A DNA stretch of 64,000 nt from Paraphysomonas bandaiensis (lineage: Eukaryota > Protista > Chrysophyceae). Position 1 is the stretch's first letter; the number at the start of each line of letters is the position of its first letter. Shown one piece after another: positions 19,803 to 33,484 of the stretch. The position numbers were made by a program, and so were the translations under genes. The stretch covers positions 42,520 to 106,519 of the forward strand of contig CBFFRP010000413.1 in the NCBI GenBank assembly GCA_965644295.1, given 5' to 3'. The notes below the pieces were generated by a model that saw only the letters and a program-made list of their open reading frames with translations, was not told where the DNA came from and ran no database searches.

Positions 19803-22800
19803 TGGTAGCGGATGGTAGTTGTAGGGATGGGGAAGATGACAAGAAGCTACGGTTTGACAAGAACCAAGCAGACTATTCAGCGAGAAAAATCAAGATGCAT
19901 CTAATGAAGAAAAACCGAAACCATCTTGGCTTGGAGGACCCGCCAGCCGGAGGAAGGAATTTAGAGTCATGGAGAGAGCGTAATGATACCTGTGTTAGTA
20001 CTATTTGGGAGGCTTGCGAGCATGACCCTGATGTGTTGGAGGTAGCCAATCAATATTTGGAGGGGAAGGCAATTTTACCTGCTGATGATCCTGCTAAGGA
20101 GGTGTTATCCAGTGAGCTCCTTCAGACACTGGTTGATAGGTTCAGAGGCGAGATTGGGACTGTATTGGAGAAGACTACGGCAGAATACCATTCGTTCAAA
20201 ATAAGGCCGGGGGAAAAGGTGTCTGTTGGGGTAGATCGACTGAACGGTATAATCCAGAAGCTCATAAAATTGGGACAACCGCAGACAGAGGCAAGTAAAT
20301 TAGCAAAGATAAAAGCAGCGCTGCAGATAGAGGAATTACATGATTTATGGATGTCGGTAGCGATGATGCCTAAAGCAACAACTACATTTGATTCGGTGAA
20401 AGAGGCTTGTGAAGAGTATGACGAGGCTATGACGCAGCTGAAGAAACTAAAGGGAGACAAATCTGAAGAGATCAATTTTACGGCGTCGAAGGAGCCAGTG
20501 GTTTGTTCATTTTGTCGGAAGAAGGGACATGTAGCAGCGAATTGTTATGCTAAGGAACGACAAAGAAAAATGGATAAGTTCAAAAGAAAAGGGAAGACAA
20601 AGGAAAAGGCTTCGAAGAGTGTGCAGCAGCCAGGATCAAAGGATTATACTGGTTGTCATATCTGTGGAGATTTTAGTCATAAAGCCCGACAGTGCAAGTC
20701 GAAAAAACGGAAGAACATAAAAAACCCGGATAATGAGAATCCTCGAAAATCGAACAGGAAATTCGAGACAGAATGGAAGAAATACGTCAACGACGGAGAG
20801 TCGTCGGATGATGAAGCGAATATGTTTGGAGAAGAGGTTTTGCTATCGGTGGATACGTCGGAAGAACCTCGTGTATATCTGGACAGTTGTGCAAGTAAAA
20901 GACTGTTTATAGTAAAGGATAAAATTGCACTGGAGTCATTTACTCCTGAGTTTGGGGCAATCCAACTAACTAGAAAGGGTTCTCAATTGGAGACACAGGG
21001 GGCTGGTACATTCGGGGAATGGAGAGACATCAGAGTTAGTGAAGAAGCGGTGAAGAACATTGTGTCAGGAGGGATGCTGAGATCAATGGGATACGGATTC
21101 CAACTGCTTCGAAAGCCTAAAATCGTGGAATTGGACTCTGGAAACGAGGTGTTGACTGGAGAGTACGATGAGCATGGAGGGATGCCGTATGTGGACTTGA
21201 TGGAGGTGTTAAATCTGCCAAATGTGTCTATGTGCAATCAGATGGAGGAGGTAAATTTGTCGGATAATACAGGACAAGATGCGTTGGATCGCTTACATGA
21301 GCGTACTGGACATGTCTCGAAATCGAAGTTATTAGAAGCTCACCGACACATGTTATTCAGAGGATCAGGACTACAACGACATCACCTTTCGAAGGCAAAG
21401 GAGAAGAGTTGCAAGAAACCCCTGTGTAAATGGTGTGCCAAGGCGAAGATAACCAGGCATTCGTTCAAATCACGGGACAACGAAGAGCTAAGCGCAGTCA
21501 GGTTTCTGGAACGAGTGACAGCGGACATCTCAGTCTACCTGAATTGTGAATCCAGACAAGGGTATAAGTACGTGCTCCTATTCACGGACTTAGCAACAAA
21601 GATGATATGGGAATATGGATTGAGGACTCGAAGCGGAGAGGAGGTGTTCAAATGTCTACGACACTTGTGCGAGGTCCACTTAGTGAAGTACGAGGGGTGG
21701 AACCGTATAGTGGAGTATCATGCCGATGGAGGATCCGAACTTATTAGTCAGCAGATAAGAGAGTATCTGTTGCAGCGATATGGGACTCGGGTGTCACATA
21801 CAACACGAGACACGCCAGAGCTCAACGCGGTGTCTGAGAGGAAATTCCGAACAATTGGGGAGATGACACTGACGATGTTGACGGCATCTGGACTTCCAAA
21901 GTCGTTCTGGTTTGATGCTTATCAAACTGCATGTTACATTGTGCGACGAATGCCAACTCGGACGTGGCAAGGATGGATGTCTCCATATGAGTGTGTCCCA
22001 GGGGGAGCGTTCCCAGCCTATCGTGGCTACGGAAATGGGGGTGCAAAGCATATGTGCTAACACCCAAGGCCGACAGGAGGAAGGACTGGGAGGACAAAGC
22101 AATGACAGGTTATTTCATAGGGTATCCAGCTGATCGAAAAGGATACAAGGTGCTAGTGGGGGACACCGTAGTACACTCTGTACATGTATTATTTGATGAA
22201 TCGGTACCTGAGAGGTCTCAGGATTATTATAGAGAGCTGGAGGAGGCTCAAGTGGCTATAGATCCCGAGGCTCGTCAACCGGGTGAGTTTGAGTATCTTA
22301 TCGGAAAGCACCATGAGGATGGTGGTCTGCTATACAAGACTAACAGAGTGGTGATAAGGAAGGGACTTATTGTAGGATACCGGTCGTTGGTTACTGGTAA
22401 CCAGGTTCAAGTGGAGGATAAAACTCCTATTCATATTGCTGACATCAAGAAGATGACAGAGGATCTTGCGCAGAGGGTGGTTAGGGCCAGAGTTACTGAC
22501 AACCGTGACGGCGGTATCAGCGGAGTGGTGCCACAGCAGTCGGAAAGTGGGCAGGTGCAGCCCCAGGCTGACTCAGCATTACCTTCGGGGGAAGGGACCC
22601 CTGCCGAGAATCATCCGCACGGCAAACGCGCAAGAACTCCAAGGACGGTAACGAATGTGTCGGTGTTAGGACAAATCCATCATTTGAGTGATGAGAGTGA
22701 TGTGAGTGACCTTTTACAGGAGGCAGACTCAGTGTGGATGTCAGCGGAAGAGTCGACAGTGCCTCAGACACATCGTGAGTCCTTGGAGAGTGCCGAGCAC

Positions 22801-24384
22801 AGGGAGTGGAGACGAGCTCGCCGTGTAGAGCGAGAGGGTTTGGCGAAGCGAGATACCATGGAGGTGACTCGTATACCGGACGGAGTCGTCCCACTGCACT
22901 CCAAGTACGTCTATGGAAAGAAGTACGATAAGGAGGGAGAGGTCCGCCGATATAAGGCTCGTCTTGTAGCAATCGGTTGTGGACAGCAGTCGAGTGGTTG
23001 GGCGAACCATTTCGCACCCGTTGTTAAGGGGGTAACAGTGCGACTGTTAATCGCCATAGCTTTCGTGATGAACATGGTAATTCATCAACTGGATGTGTCT
23101 AACGCATTTCTATATGCAGATATAGAGGGGGACGTATATATGAAGGCAACTCCGGACTTTCAGCTGCCTGAGGGGTACTGCTTTAAGCTGAAGAAGTCGT
23201 TATACGGGCTTCGGAGTTCCCCGCGGTCGTGGTGGAAAACATTGGATAAATTCATACGATCTATGCATTTTAAACCATGTGTATTAGACCCGTGTTTGTA
23301 TTATCAGTATAAGGGCGATGAATTGATATTATTAACGATATATGTGGATGATATCCTAGTGTTAGGTCGTGATGTCAACATAGTGAAGGATATTAAAGCT
23401 CAACTGTGTGCCCGGTTTGATATGAAGGATATGGGCGAGATGGAACATTTTCTGAATGTTCGAGTCACAAGAACGCCAGAGTATATTCGTCTTGACCAAT
23501 CAGTATATGCGGCTAAGATCTTAGAAAAGTTTGAAAAGTATCTTGGGTCACCGCAAAAGGTACGGAAGAGTCCTCTACCGGCGGAAGCAATGGATTTAGT
23601 GGCAAACGGGGCGCGGCATGAGCATACCGAGGAGGAACAGCTTATAGTAGATAACTTCCCATATCGGCCGCTGATAGGTGCATTACTATATCTATCGATG
23701 AACACGAGGCCGGATATTGCCTATGCAGTGGGAGTACTGTCTCGGTTCAGTAATAAGGTGAATATTGAAGTATGCAAGCTATTAACACATGTATGGCAAT
23801 ATATTCGTGGTTCTATTGACAAAGGGATTCAATATGGGAGTAGACGGTTCGACTTCCATATGTTTACTGACGCGGATTGGGCGGGAGATCAGCTCTCCAG
23901 GAAGTCCACGTCGGGGTACGTTGGGTTTGCAGCGGGAGGGCCTATAGTCTGGCAGTCCAAACTGCAGACGACAGTGGCAACGTCAAGCATGCAGTCTGAG
24001 TATCAGTGTATTTACTCGGGTCTCCAAGAAGTGCTATGGGTTCGGGGGGTGACGGGTGAGATTAAGTTGAGGCTCATCAAACCCACACCATTCTTCATCG
24101 ACAGTCAGAGTGCCCAGGATTTGGCCGAAAACCCAGTGTTTCACAAGAAGTCGAAGCACATTGAGATTAAGTATCACATGGTGAGAGAGCACGTGGATCC
24201 CAATCAGTTCAATACGATTAAGTTAGTGCATGTGCATACATCGCAACAAGCAGCAGATATTTATACAAAGTCATTGGGTGGTTTATCATATATGGAGCAG
24301 AGAAAGAGAAATCTTGGAGAGAAAGTTAAGAGTTCCACTGAAGTGATTAATGAGGGACCAAGGGATAAAAGAAGGCGCAAGTAG
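19787..24384 (+). CDS. Copia Gag-Pol polyprotein split by a 1-nt frameshift at G5 (22001-22005)
   Basis: ORF 19787-22060 has two CCHC knuckles, LDSCAS protease and the integrase DDE core. ORF 21991-24384 has WGCKAY, RT YVDD and RNase H FTDADWA. One extra G gives SPYECVPGGSVPSLSWLRKWGC, collinear with element 1. Confidence 0.9.
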
Positions 24385-24509
24385 GTACTGAGTTTTTTAG
24401 ACAGAGGTTTAGACTTAGAGATGAGTCTATTTTACTGTCAAGAATTTTTTTATCTCAGGCAGTCAATAGCTGGGAGGCGTCATAAGTACAACACTCAATT
24501 GAGGGGGAG

Positions 24510-24802
24510 TGTTGAGATCTGAAGATTCTATATACTTGCAATTGAGTGCAGTATTATGTGAGATGCAAGGATCGAAAGATATATATGTAATTAGTACATT
24601 ATATTATGTAGTATGAAACTGAAGTAGAAGTGGATGACTATACAGGATACGATCACTGAGTGGGTGGTTTGTACACTATAGTAGTAAATGAATGGTGTTG
24701 AACACATCGAACACAACTTAGGTTCTTTATCATGTAATGTTTATAATTTCATCTTATCAGTTGAGAATAGTAAACCTTAGCAAATAATGTCAACTTCTGT
24801 TA
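24510..24802 (+). repeat. 3' LTR of Copia element 2
   Basis: Direct repeat of 19510-19802. Confidence 0.95.
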
Positions 24803-25508
24803 CATTCACTACAAAGCAATCACTACTTCTGCTTTTGAGAGTAAGCTAATCGTCATAGTTTCCGACAAATTTACTTACATTTTAAAAATATTACATGTGA
24901 CTTCTGACTGTCAATAGCATAAGTAAGATAGAAGATTGATATAGTTCAACCGACTATTGACGTTAAATTTCTATATTTACGCGGAATACGGTGCTAATAC
25001 GAGCTTCTGTTGAACTCATTTCAGGTCAAAACACACCTTTTAGAAGACAAAATGGAGATCATAGATGTCTATCATAAGTTTAGTTGTTTAATGTTTAATT
25101 TATACCATCCAAACGTCCATTACTGGTAAGTAAGTTCTGCACTTGTAATTATCAGACAAGTGAACGTCGATAGAAACATGTTCTAGTAGTCACTCACATG
25201 TACCAATCATGATTTTCAACTAGAATTATGATGTATTGACATGTGGTTAATTTAAATAATAAATATTAGCTAAGTAAATAATGTACAGGTAGAGATGGGG
25301 TTTCGTGGAGACGAAATCAATACAAGCATTGACTATGAGGCACTAGCAGGTAGTGAATATGTGAAATTGTGAATGATGTATGCAAGATTGCGATGATAAC
25401 CTACATAACTTTGTGGAGCGTGGTACTTCGAAATTTCAATCGCAGCTGTACCTAACGCCCAAAAATCATGACAAGCTATCGCATAAACATATCACAATGC
25501 TTGGAAAT

Positions 25509-26623
25509 CTACTCCGAACACCTAACATAATGGAGAATATACGCACATGCGTCCGCACTCTCAAATCTACACAGGTTCACATCACTTCTACAGCACTTGC
25601 TGTTTTTTACACCAGCGGCTGCCTTCAACACTTCCTCTACATCGACTGCCGTGGTAGTACTATCGTCCAACATCATCCACTGATTTTCATTAATAAGGGC
25701 GTAGGTAACATAGTGACCCTCCTCTGCTGTACCCAAGTGTACTATCACTGCCCTGAGTTGGTATTCACATGTAGCACAATCATCCCCATCAGCACCAGAT
25801 GTATAGGGGTCGAGATCAAGTTGAAGTGGCACAAACATATCAGACATCACCTACGCTTAGGTAAGTATACTAGGTCGAAAATACGTAAAGTCAAACCTTT
25901 GTAACCCTCCATCCACTGTTGCAAGTATTCGTATACTTGAACCTCTTTAGGTGCAACATAAGCGACGGGGGTAGATATTTGCGGTTTAACTTCGTCAGTT
26001 GCGACATTTCCATGCCTCCTATCGAATGCGGCATGCTAAATTGTCGCTCCAATGACTTCACAACGCTATCTCCATCTGTGTCCACATCGAGTTGAATATC
26101 CAGGAACTTCTGTTTGGTAGTACGTACACCACCAGAAAAGCTATAAGTAGAACTCTCAACGACACCAGCAAATGAGTCTGATAAGACAACACCTGCACTA
26201 TCAATGCTGTTATCAACCTCACCAAGAAGCCTGAGCATGAACTCTTGTGCGTCCTGCTGTAGCCATCGATCAATACCAAGAGCATCTGCCAAGGGAGAGG
26301 GGTTTACAATCACATGCTCACCAGATTCCAATAACCTTATCACTTTATCAATACAACTTGAAATTAAACCACTTAACGTACATAAATATACCCTGCAGCG
26401 CATCTCCAGGAGATTTCTTTTTGAATCGAGAATTCAGTACTCCCTCTCTGAACGACTTCGACATATATAAAGTTTGTATGACACTATTCAGGTAGCAAGT
26501 GTGTCCTAAGTTGGTCAGTCCCTTCGCTTGCATCGTAGGGCTTGAGATCCTTCTCCATCCTCTAGACGGACGCACGAATACTATAAGAAAAACAAAGAAC
26601 GATACAACAAATACATGTCTCAT
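25509..26623 (-). CDS. Ubiquitin-specific protease (peptidase C19), 3 exons, with N-terminal signal-like segment
   Basis: Cys box GLTNLGHTCYLNS, QQDAQEF, LHLKRF, His box VHLG..EGHYVTY..WMMLDDS..AYILHY. These lie across three track ORFs joined by short GT..AG introns. Confidence 0.9.
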
Positions 26624-28464
26624 GACAACATTGAGTCAACTGATAGGAAGACTTGCAGAGCACTCAGCAACAGCACAAATGAAAGCAAAGTACTCGAATG
26701 TCTTGACTGTTAGAAATCCTACGTACAGAGTACAGAATAAAAATACAGTCCATCTGAATACAGCACACACAGCAGTATCCAACACAGTCTCTTCTGAAGT
26801 GATGTTACGTGTAGAAATGCTATTGCCTGGCGAGTTGCTGCTGTACATGTCGAAGTGTATAGAAATCTAATCAAGAAGCTCACACAAGTCAACAAGGTGT
26901 AGAAAATTAGAAGCATAATGGGTGTGGTACATTTAGAGCAAGCCGCGATGCTTCTGTTCCTCATACCACTGCTACCAGCGCCCCCCCAACATGAGATCTC
27001 AGCACATGTTATTGATGTACCATTTTAATGGTAAACTAACTTGTAATGAGATGATATTCTAGTGGAGCATAATTAGTGCCAATGCGATTTGTGGTGTTTA
27101 CTGAGTGAGGAGTTAGGACCTGGGTATATCAGTGTATTTTGAGATTTGGTTGTGAACGTGCTTGTCTAATCTTTAGATATACGAGTACAATTCAGCATGC
27201 AGTCGGTGAAAACACGTTACTATTATTCCTAGTATTGAGCAATGCTAATTCCATTGGGGAGTACAAGAACAAAACCAATAAAGAGAACTGTATGGTTCGA
27301 TTACACTATTTGTACATGTACATGACTCCTAAATTTGTGTCTAGTCATAATGATATGGGTATGTTCTTGATATTGGAATTAGGTAAAGGTTTGGGTAAAG
27401 GGTAAAATGGACTTGTCGATATTGTAGCATGACATGCTCACGGGCGGTGAAGTATATATATAGAAATATTTACTCTTTAGTAACAGGTCGCTTTTAAACT
27501 GTGCGCCAGGATTGGTTCTCACAGAAGCTACTAGGTTGGGCAGTTACCTGTGTGATTGTAATGAATAGGTAATAGGCCAACTCCATGATCTATGCTCTGA
27601 TTCCTAGATATGGTCCATCATCGCACACATTGCTAATTCAACGGGAAGAGGATGTCTCAATACTTACTTAGAAGCACTACATCCAACGACTGGCTTGTGG
27701 ATTATTGAATGTTGGTTGGTGTTATTGTTTTTTGAAGTCGCGATGTGTGTTTTATGAACTTCTCCATATTGGTTTGAGGTAGTACGTATATGTTATCTAT
27801 TATATTTAGGAACTAACTGTTGGTGGAACTCTATGCGACTGTATTCTATCCTTTAGATTTTCATTGCCTAATATGTATATGACAACGTATTGGTGTTGTA
27901 AGTCGTCGGCAATAGGTGTACTTAATGATCAAAACGGTACTTACAGGTGGTAAAATTTTAATTAAAGAAGTGTTTATTGGCACCACCCTAGGTAATGCAG
28001 GGTGAAATACTCAGAATTATAATTGTTAAACACCATCATTAACTTTTGTAATTGCCTATTATTTCGTATCAGCCAGTTTGGTAATTCGGTAGTAGAAATC
28101 CGAAACTGGATCCTTTCCTCCAAACAGTTTTAATTTTAAAGTCACAAGAAAGTGTCTCACTCAATTTCAACAACAAACGGGTTTAAATATCGTGTTTATT
28201 TTTCACGTTGCCAGATAACTTCTTTGTTTGATCCATACTGGTTTCTGCACACTACATTCACTGCTGCATACATTTAGTAGAGTGGCGTAAAAATAAGATA
28301 TAAGTGTGTCTAACCGCTTCTTTGACTCTGTTGATAAATGTTGTTGAGTTCTCCAGTAATTGCAAATAAATAACGATATGCATTATTATTTCATCTGTAG
28401 TGAATGTATTTTTATTATTTTAAAAGCAGCAGATGTGTAAGAGTCAGAGCTAATATAGCATTGC

Positions 28465-28940
28465 ACCTTAAACACAGTCGGACTCGCACCTTTTAGTGGT
28501 GTTCTGAAAAAAAAGTATCAGAGATATTTCTCTGGGAAACTAACGTGAACCGCATATTATATAGTCAGCAGATATTGTTCTGCCCACTCATTGCCTAGTG
28601 CTAGTGTGGTACAAGGGACACTATTAAGTGTCACTTGCGTAAACGTCTTTGGAACTTGAGTAAACAGGCATTCGGGAATGCGCCCACACTCAAGGATTCT
28701 GAGGTATTGGGATGTCTACTGAAATCAAGCATCCGCGATGTTCACCTTAAGGACTCAAAAATCCTGAAGTCAGCAGATGTCAGGTATATCAACATTTGAG
28801 TGATAGAGAAAAAGTGGCTGTATCTTGGTGCTTGCGGTGACGCACAAGCAGCTTTCGTAGTGTGAAATAGAAGAATATCAGAATAGTGAAGCATTTACTC
28901 TAAAACGCCTATTGCTAATAATAAGACATTCACTACCTGC
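28465..28940 (+). mobile_element. Full-length SINE-like copy inserted antisense into the tail of an older copy
   Basis: TSD AGCATTGC at 28457-28464 and 28941-28948. The flanks (about 28398-28464 and 28949-28965) resemble the family tail on the opposite strand (compare 53928-54000). Confidence 0.8.
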
Positions 28941-30240
28941 AGCATTGCCATTTATAGCTAACTAGTAGATGGGAGGATAGTGTTCCGAGGGGAAGCGAGA
29001 TGATGCGAGATGGAGGCGTAGAATCCGTAGTGTCTCGGGGCGCCGCTAACTGGAGTGTATAAGTTGGACGTAAATAGATAGTACGTTGGGGGTCACGTGA
29101 GGTGTGTATGTGAAAGTGTTAGAACAGTAGGAGATGTATTAATTTGCTAAGGTTGTGAGTTTCTGCTGAGGCACCATCGGGTTTGAAGTGGGGGAACTTA
29201 TGGACTGTGTGATGATAGTTGGGGGTCGAATTGTAGGGCGGGGTTGAGTAGTACAGGGCACAAAAACCGTCTTGTTACTCCTAGGAGTCAGAGGACCTGC
29301 GGTTGTCTTTTTGCCGGATATGCTGCTTACTATGTGTTCTGGGAAGAAGTCTTTGTGGACCCCTCGATGAAACAGCACAGCATTGACTGCAATCTTGGCC
29401 CGTTCCCAATGTTTTTTTGAAGTTCATGAGGGCTGGTGATCAACTCCGTCCAATCTACACGACGTATAGTATGAAGAAATATTATTCAAAGATATGCAAA
29501 AAGCAGAGAGGAACAATTCGGATACTTCTAACACATATGCGTACTTTCTATTTAACTGCCATCATAATCCGACAGTTAAATTCCGACACTTCAGTAACAG
29601 AATCTTAAAATTAGTTGCTGTTTTGATATCTCATTGTATTAGACGTTGTAAAAAAAAAAGAATTACAATTACTGGAACTCTTCTCTCAAAGCAAGGTCGT
29701 TCTTTTGGGTGAGTTGATACTACTTAAGATTTTCTTGCAATTTGACGGCATTACAGTTTTAGACTGTTATTTAATCACCTCAAATTTTAATTCACATGAG
29801 AAATTTTTATTATTATCATTACTTAGATAGTAACACTAAATTATTTACTTCTGTTGCGCTTGGAAGTCGATAGTAAACATAACCCTAGAGCCAAGCGCTT
29901 ATATCTGGAGTTTACGAATCGCAATGAAGTATTGACAGAAAGACTCACCGATGTCAGCCCTTTCAGAAATATTAGAAATTAGAGAAGAATAACTGCTATA
30001 TAAACCCATTATATAAACAAAGTAAAATATCGAAGCAAGAATAATAACAGAGTATTAGAAGCGAGCGAAAGTAAGAGTAAAAGAACATTGCTCATGATAA
30101 GATAACAAACAAAAAGTACACTGTACCATGTACGAAAGAAACTGTTAATTATTTAATTATTAAACTCAATATCTTGACACCTAAAGCAAACCTAGCTTGA
30201 AATCAAGCTCAATTCAATTAAAATTTCAGTACATCGAAGT

Positions 30241-31553
30241 TCATTTAATTATTTTGAGATCTCCTACCCGCTGTGGCGCATACTGGTCAGCGAACTGTTT
30301 AAATATCTCCTTGAGCTTTTCCACGTAAAGCACCCTCACTTTGTCAATATCCTCCCTGGTGGGATTTTCTATTACCGGACACTTTATAGGGTCCCCCACA
30401 ATAGTAATAATTGGCACACGCGAAGGAATTGGATTCATAGGGACCGCTGCGCCACTGCTGCCCGCACCAGAAAAAAAGGGTGTTGCAAAGCCAAGATACT
30501 TTAGCATCACGTTCTGCATGTTGCGGATTGCACTTCCCTCCTCATTTGGCACCTGTTCGTACAAATCGTTCTCTCCAAACGAATAAATGGGCACAAGACA
30601 GGCCCCATGCTGAAGGGCTATGCGGAAGAACCCTGACCGTCGATTGAGTGTAAGAGAATGGGTGCCGGGATGTGCGTCTAGGGCTTCCGCAGCTCCCCCT
30701 GGAACCACGAGAACAGCATTCCCGGGACCTTTGTTTAGTACATATTTAAGCGCCTTCGCCCCTACACTGATAACACCTAACCGAAGTATGATCTCTCGCC
30801 AGAACGGAATAAAAAAATTGGCTTCTAACGTTGCTGGACATATAGTGATGCCCGGAAACATCTCACTTACGCCATTCGCGTCGGCGGCAAAGTTAACAAA
30901 GCACCCAACTGAAATTATACCGTGAGGATGGTAACCAAACATATACACCTCTTTGGGGTCAAACACAGTGTCCGGGTTTTGCTTTAAAAGGAGTACAGGG
31001 AAATAATTACGAAGAGATTTCCAAAAAGAATGCCGCTTGAACCAACTTAGGGCTCTGGATCCCTCTTGATGGGATTTGTCCGTGTACACATGAATAAAAT
31101 ATATCACTAGTATTCCTCCCAATATTCTAGACTTATCGAGGAAAATGGCCAGAAAAAGTAAGACCCATGTCAACAACATGCTAGTCGGCAACAACAAAAA
31201 GGTAATTATACATGACACCAGCTGACGGCGTCGCGGTGGAGCTAGAGAAATAGCACTTTCCGCTAGACCACGGGACTGTGCAGCTGCCTTAATCCATGGC
31301 TGAAGGTCAAAACCTGTGCGAAGGGCTGAATAGTTCTTCCCAAAGCGCTCCCTGTATGTATGTTATAATTACAGAAAATGTATTGCAGTCAAGTTGCGTA
31401 CATGAAATTGTCTTGTAACTTCTTCAAGTTCTCATATACATCAGCGCTGTTAATGATAAACCCGTGTTTGTCCTTAAGTAGCTTAGCATTGACTGCCTCC
31501 AACTCAGCAATTCGAGCCAGCAACTTTTCCTTTGAATCATCTTCAGTCGCCAT
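30241..31553 (-). CDS. DGAT2: Diacylglycerol O-acyltransferase type 2 (2 exons)
   Basis: YFP, GYHPHG, PGGAAEAL, RxGFxRIALQHGA, VPIYSFGENDL and VGDPI motifs. ATG at 31553 with a short intron near 31400-31355. Confidence 0.93.
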
Positions 31554-32829
31554 GACAAATAGAAAACGTTTTACTGATACTATGCCAGGGACTGTATCTG
31601 CTTCAAGCTAGCTGTAACTTTAGTTTAGGGTCGAAAGTAAACTAGAAAATCAAGAAGGTGTTGCGGAGTGTTTTGTCAGTATCATGCCAGGAGAACATCA
31701 GTCGAACTAGCGCTGCGACGTATGCACTGCTGTATCTCGTACAGTATCTACAACATCGAGGCGTACTGTACGCAGTTGTATATCACTGGAATACAATTAG
31801 AATCAACGAACAAAGAACATTCTGCATCATGTCTAGATGAACTCTGTCGTACAGCAGTGTATATAGATATATACAGTGACATGCTGCTGTTGGAATAGAA
31901 TACCATGGAATACCTGGAATACAATCAAACAAGACTTTGCTTCTTGAACTGACGTCGTTGACTTGGACTGAGAGTATCTCTATATATTGCCTATTACAAC
32001 TCTATGCTACTCCATGCAATCATGGAGCACTGACACGAATATACAACCAGATTCTCTTAACACACAGTGCCTCTATCACAATTAAAAGTTTTCATTTCCC
32101 CTTGCCAATTCCTCGAGTACCTCTCACATCCATCTCTACTGATCAACGCCGCTGCGGTGAAGTTTAGATACGAAGCCCTCAAAACGTTAGTATGCAACTG
32201 GAATCTCACTTATATGAGTACAGTGCAATTCTACACCTAGTTTTTGCACAGTGTCTCATTAGTGTTTTCAGTTACTTCTCTGCACATTTTAAGATCGCTC
32301 GCGAACAGAACCAGAAAGACATGGCCAAGACCCGGCAACGAAATTAGTAACTAGAGACATATTTTGACCTCAATAATAATTCAAGTTAATGTGATATTGG
32401 ACAGTAAGGCAATTAGGCAATGTGAACCAATTCTGCTGCGAGCATTATATCTACCGAACTGCTCCTAAAAAGGCAATATTTGCGTATCCAACCGTATATA
32501 TATATCTGAGGAACTACCTATTCTATATGGCGTATAGAAATGGTAACTGTGGTTATTCAGGTTCTTAAAAAAGAAGAAAGTAGAGGGTGTGTTCATGCTG
32601 GCTGTTAAGGCGAACGATGAAACTGTTGCTGTGATCTTGTCCTCTGGAATGCATACCAGGTTTTGTTTTACGTAGAAAGTAGATATGTCAAATTGAATTT
32701 TTATATTGTAATAAGAAAAGGTATGAGTTTTGAACTTGATTTTTATAGTATTTAATTGCCACCCAATCCGAATTTCTTTAGGAATTGCCGAATAAGACTG
32801 CTCGGACCCCATCTTTAGCTTTCAATACG

Positions 32830-33484
32830 CAAGCTACTTGATCATGCATACTGATATTCATTACCAATATCATTGAACCCATAATGAGTCTCCCCGTACA
32901 TTGAAATTAATGGGCTGCAAAAGTCTAAACGACTAGAGGTTCATGAGGGTGGAAGGTTTCCTCTAATACACTTAATATTTTTACTTATAGCAGATACTAT
33001 AGAATTGGAGGATTAAATACCAACATCAACTACTCATTCTGTTGGGAATAAAATTGTCACTGTAACTAAAGTGCTCTTCACTGTATAGACTGTAAACTGT
33101 GTTGGCATTCACTATCTTCTCTAGAAAACTCTAAGAACATATACAAGACGAGAAAATGTGTCCAACAAAACCCTTTGCACTGCGCCTTCTCAGGTCGAGT
33201 GAAAGTGTCATCCACTCCGCTTTGGACTCTCACTACAGCATTTTCAAAGGTCTGTTAAATAGGAAACAAACGTAATCGTACAAAGAAACAGTACCTCTCT
33301 CAATGTAAAGATATTTATAATGAGAGGCCAACTTTCCCACCATTTTAATAGCCGTCAAGGTTGATGGCCATTAAGGGCAATAAATGGCCATTGTCCTTAA
33401 TATTTTCCAAGTTCTAATTCTAATATTATGTCCTTATACTATACAGTAAATTATTGCAATTCAATTAATTTGTACGCAGCCCTG
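32830..33484 (-). mobile_element. Degenerate hAT-like transposon (one terminus plus transposase remnant)
   Basis: Terminus CAGGGCTGCGTAC at 33484 matches the one at 40192. The minus-strand translation FENAVVRVQSGVDDTFTRPEKAQC and RLLQPINF..YW is the same motif family as 7850-8240. Confidence 0.55.

Larger units (their letters stand above)
19510..24802 (+). mobile_element. Full-length Ty1/Copia LTR retrotransposon (element 2)
   Basis: 293-bp LTRs at 19510-19802 and 24510-24802. TSD CATTC at 19505-19509 and 24803-24807. PBS TGGTAGCG at 19803. PPT GAGGGGGAG at 24501-24509. Confidence 0.97.
19307..24812 (+). mobile_element. 5'-truncated SINE-like copy interrupted at its tail by Copia element 2
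   Basis: 19307-19509 matches 28752-28931. The tail AAGACATTCACTAC is split, with CATTC duplicated. Confidence 0.8.

Noticed and set aside
26636-26964. Short hydrophobic ORFs upstream of the USP gene
   Set aside because: No domain or splice support, and they overlap the motif-rich promoter tract.
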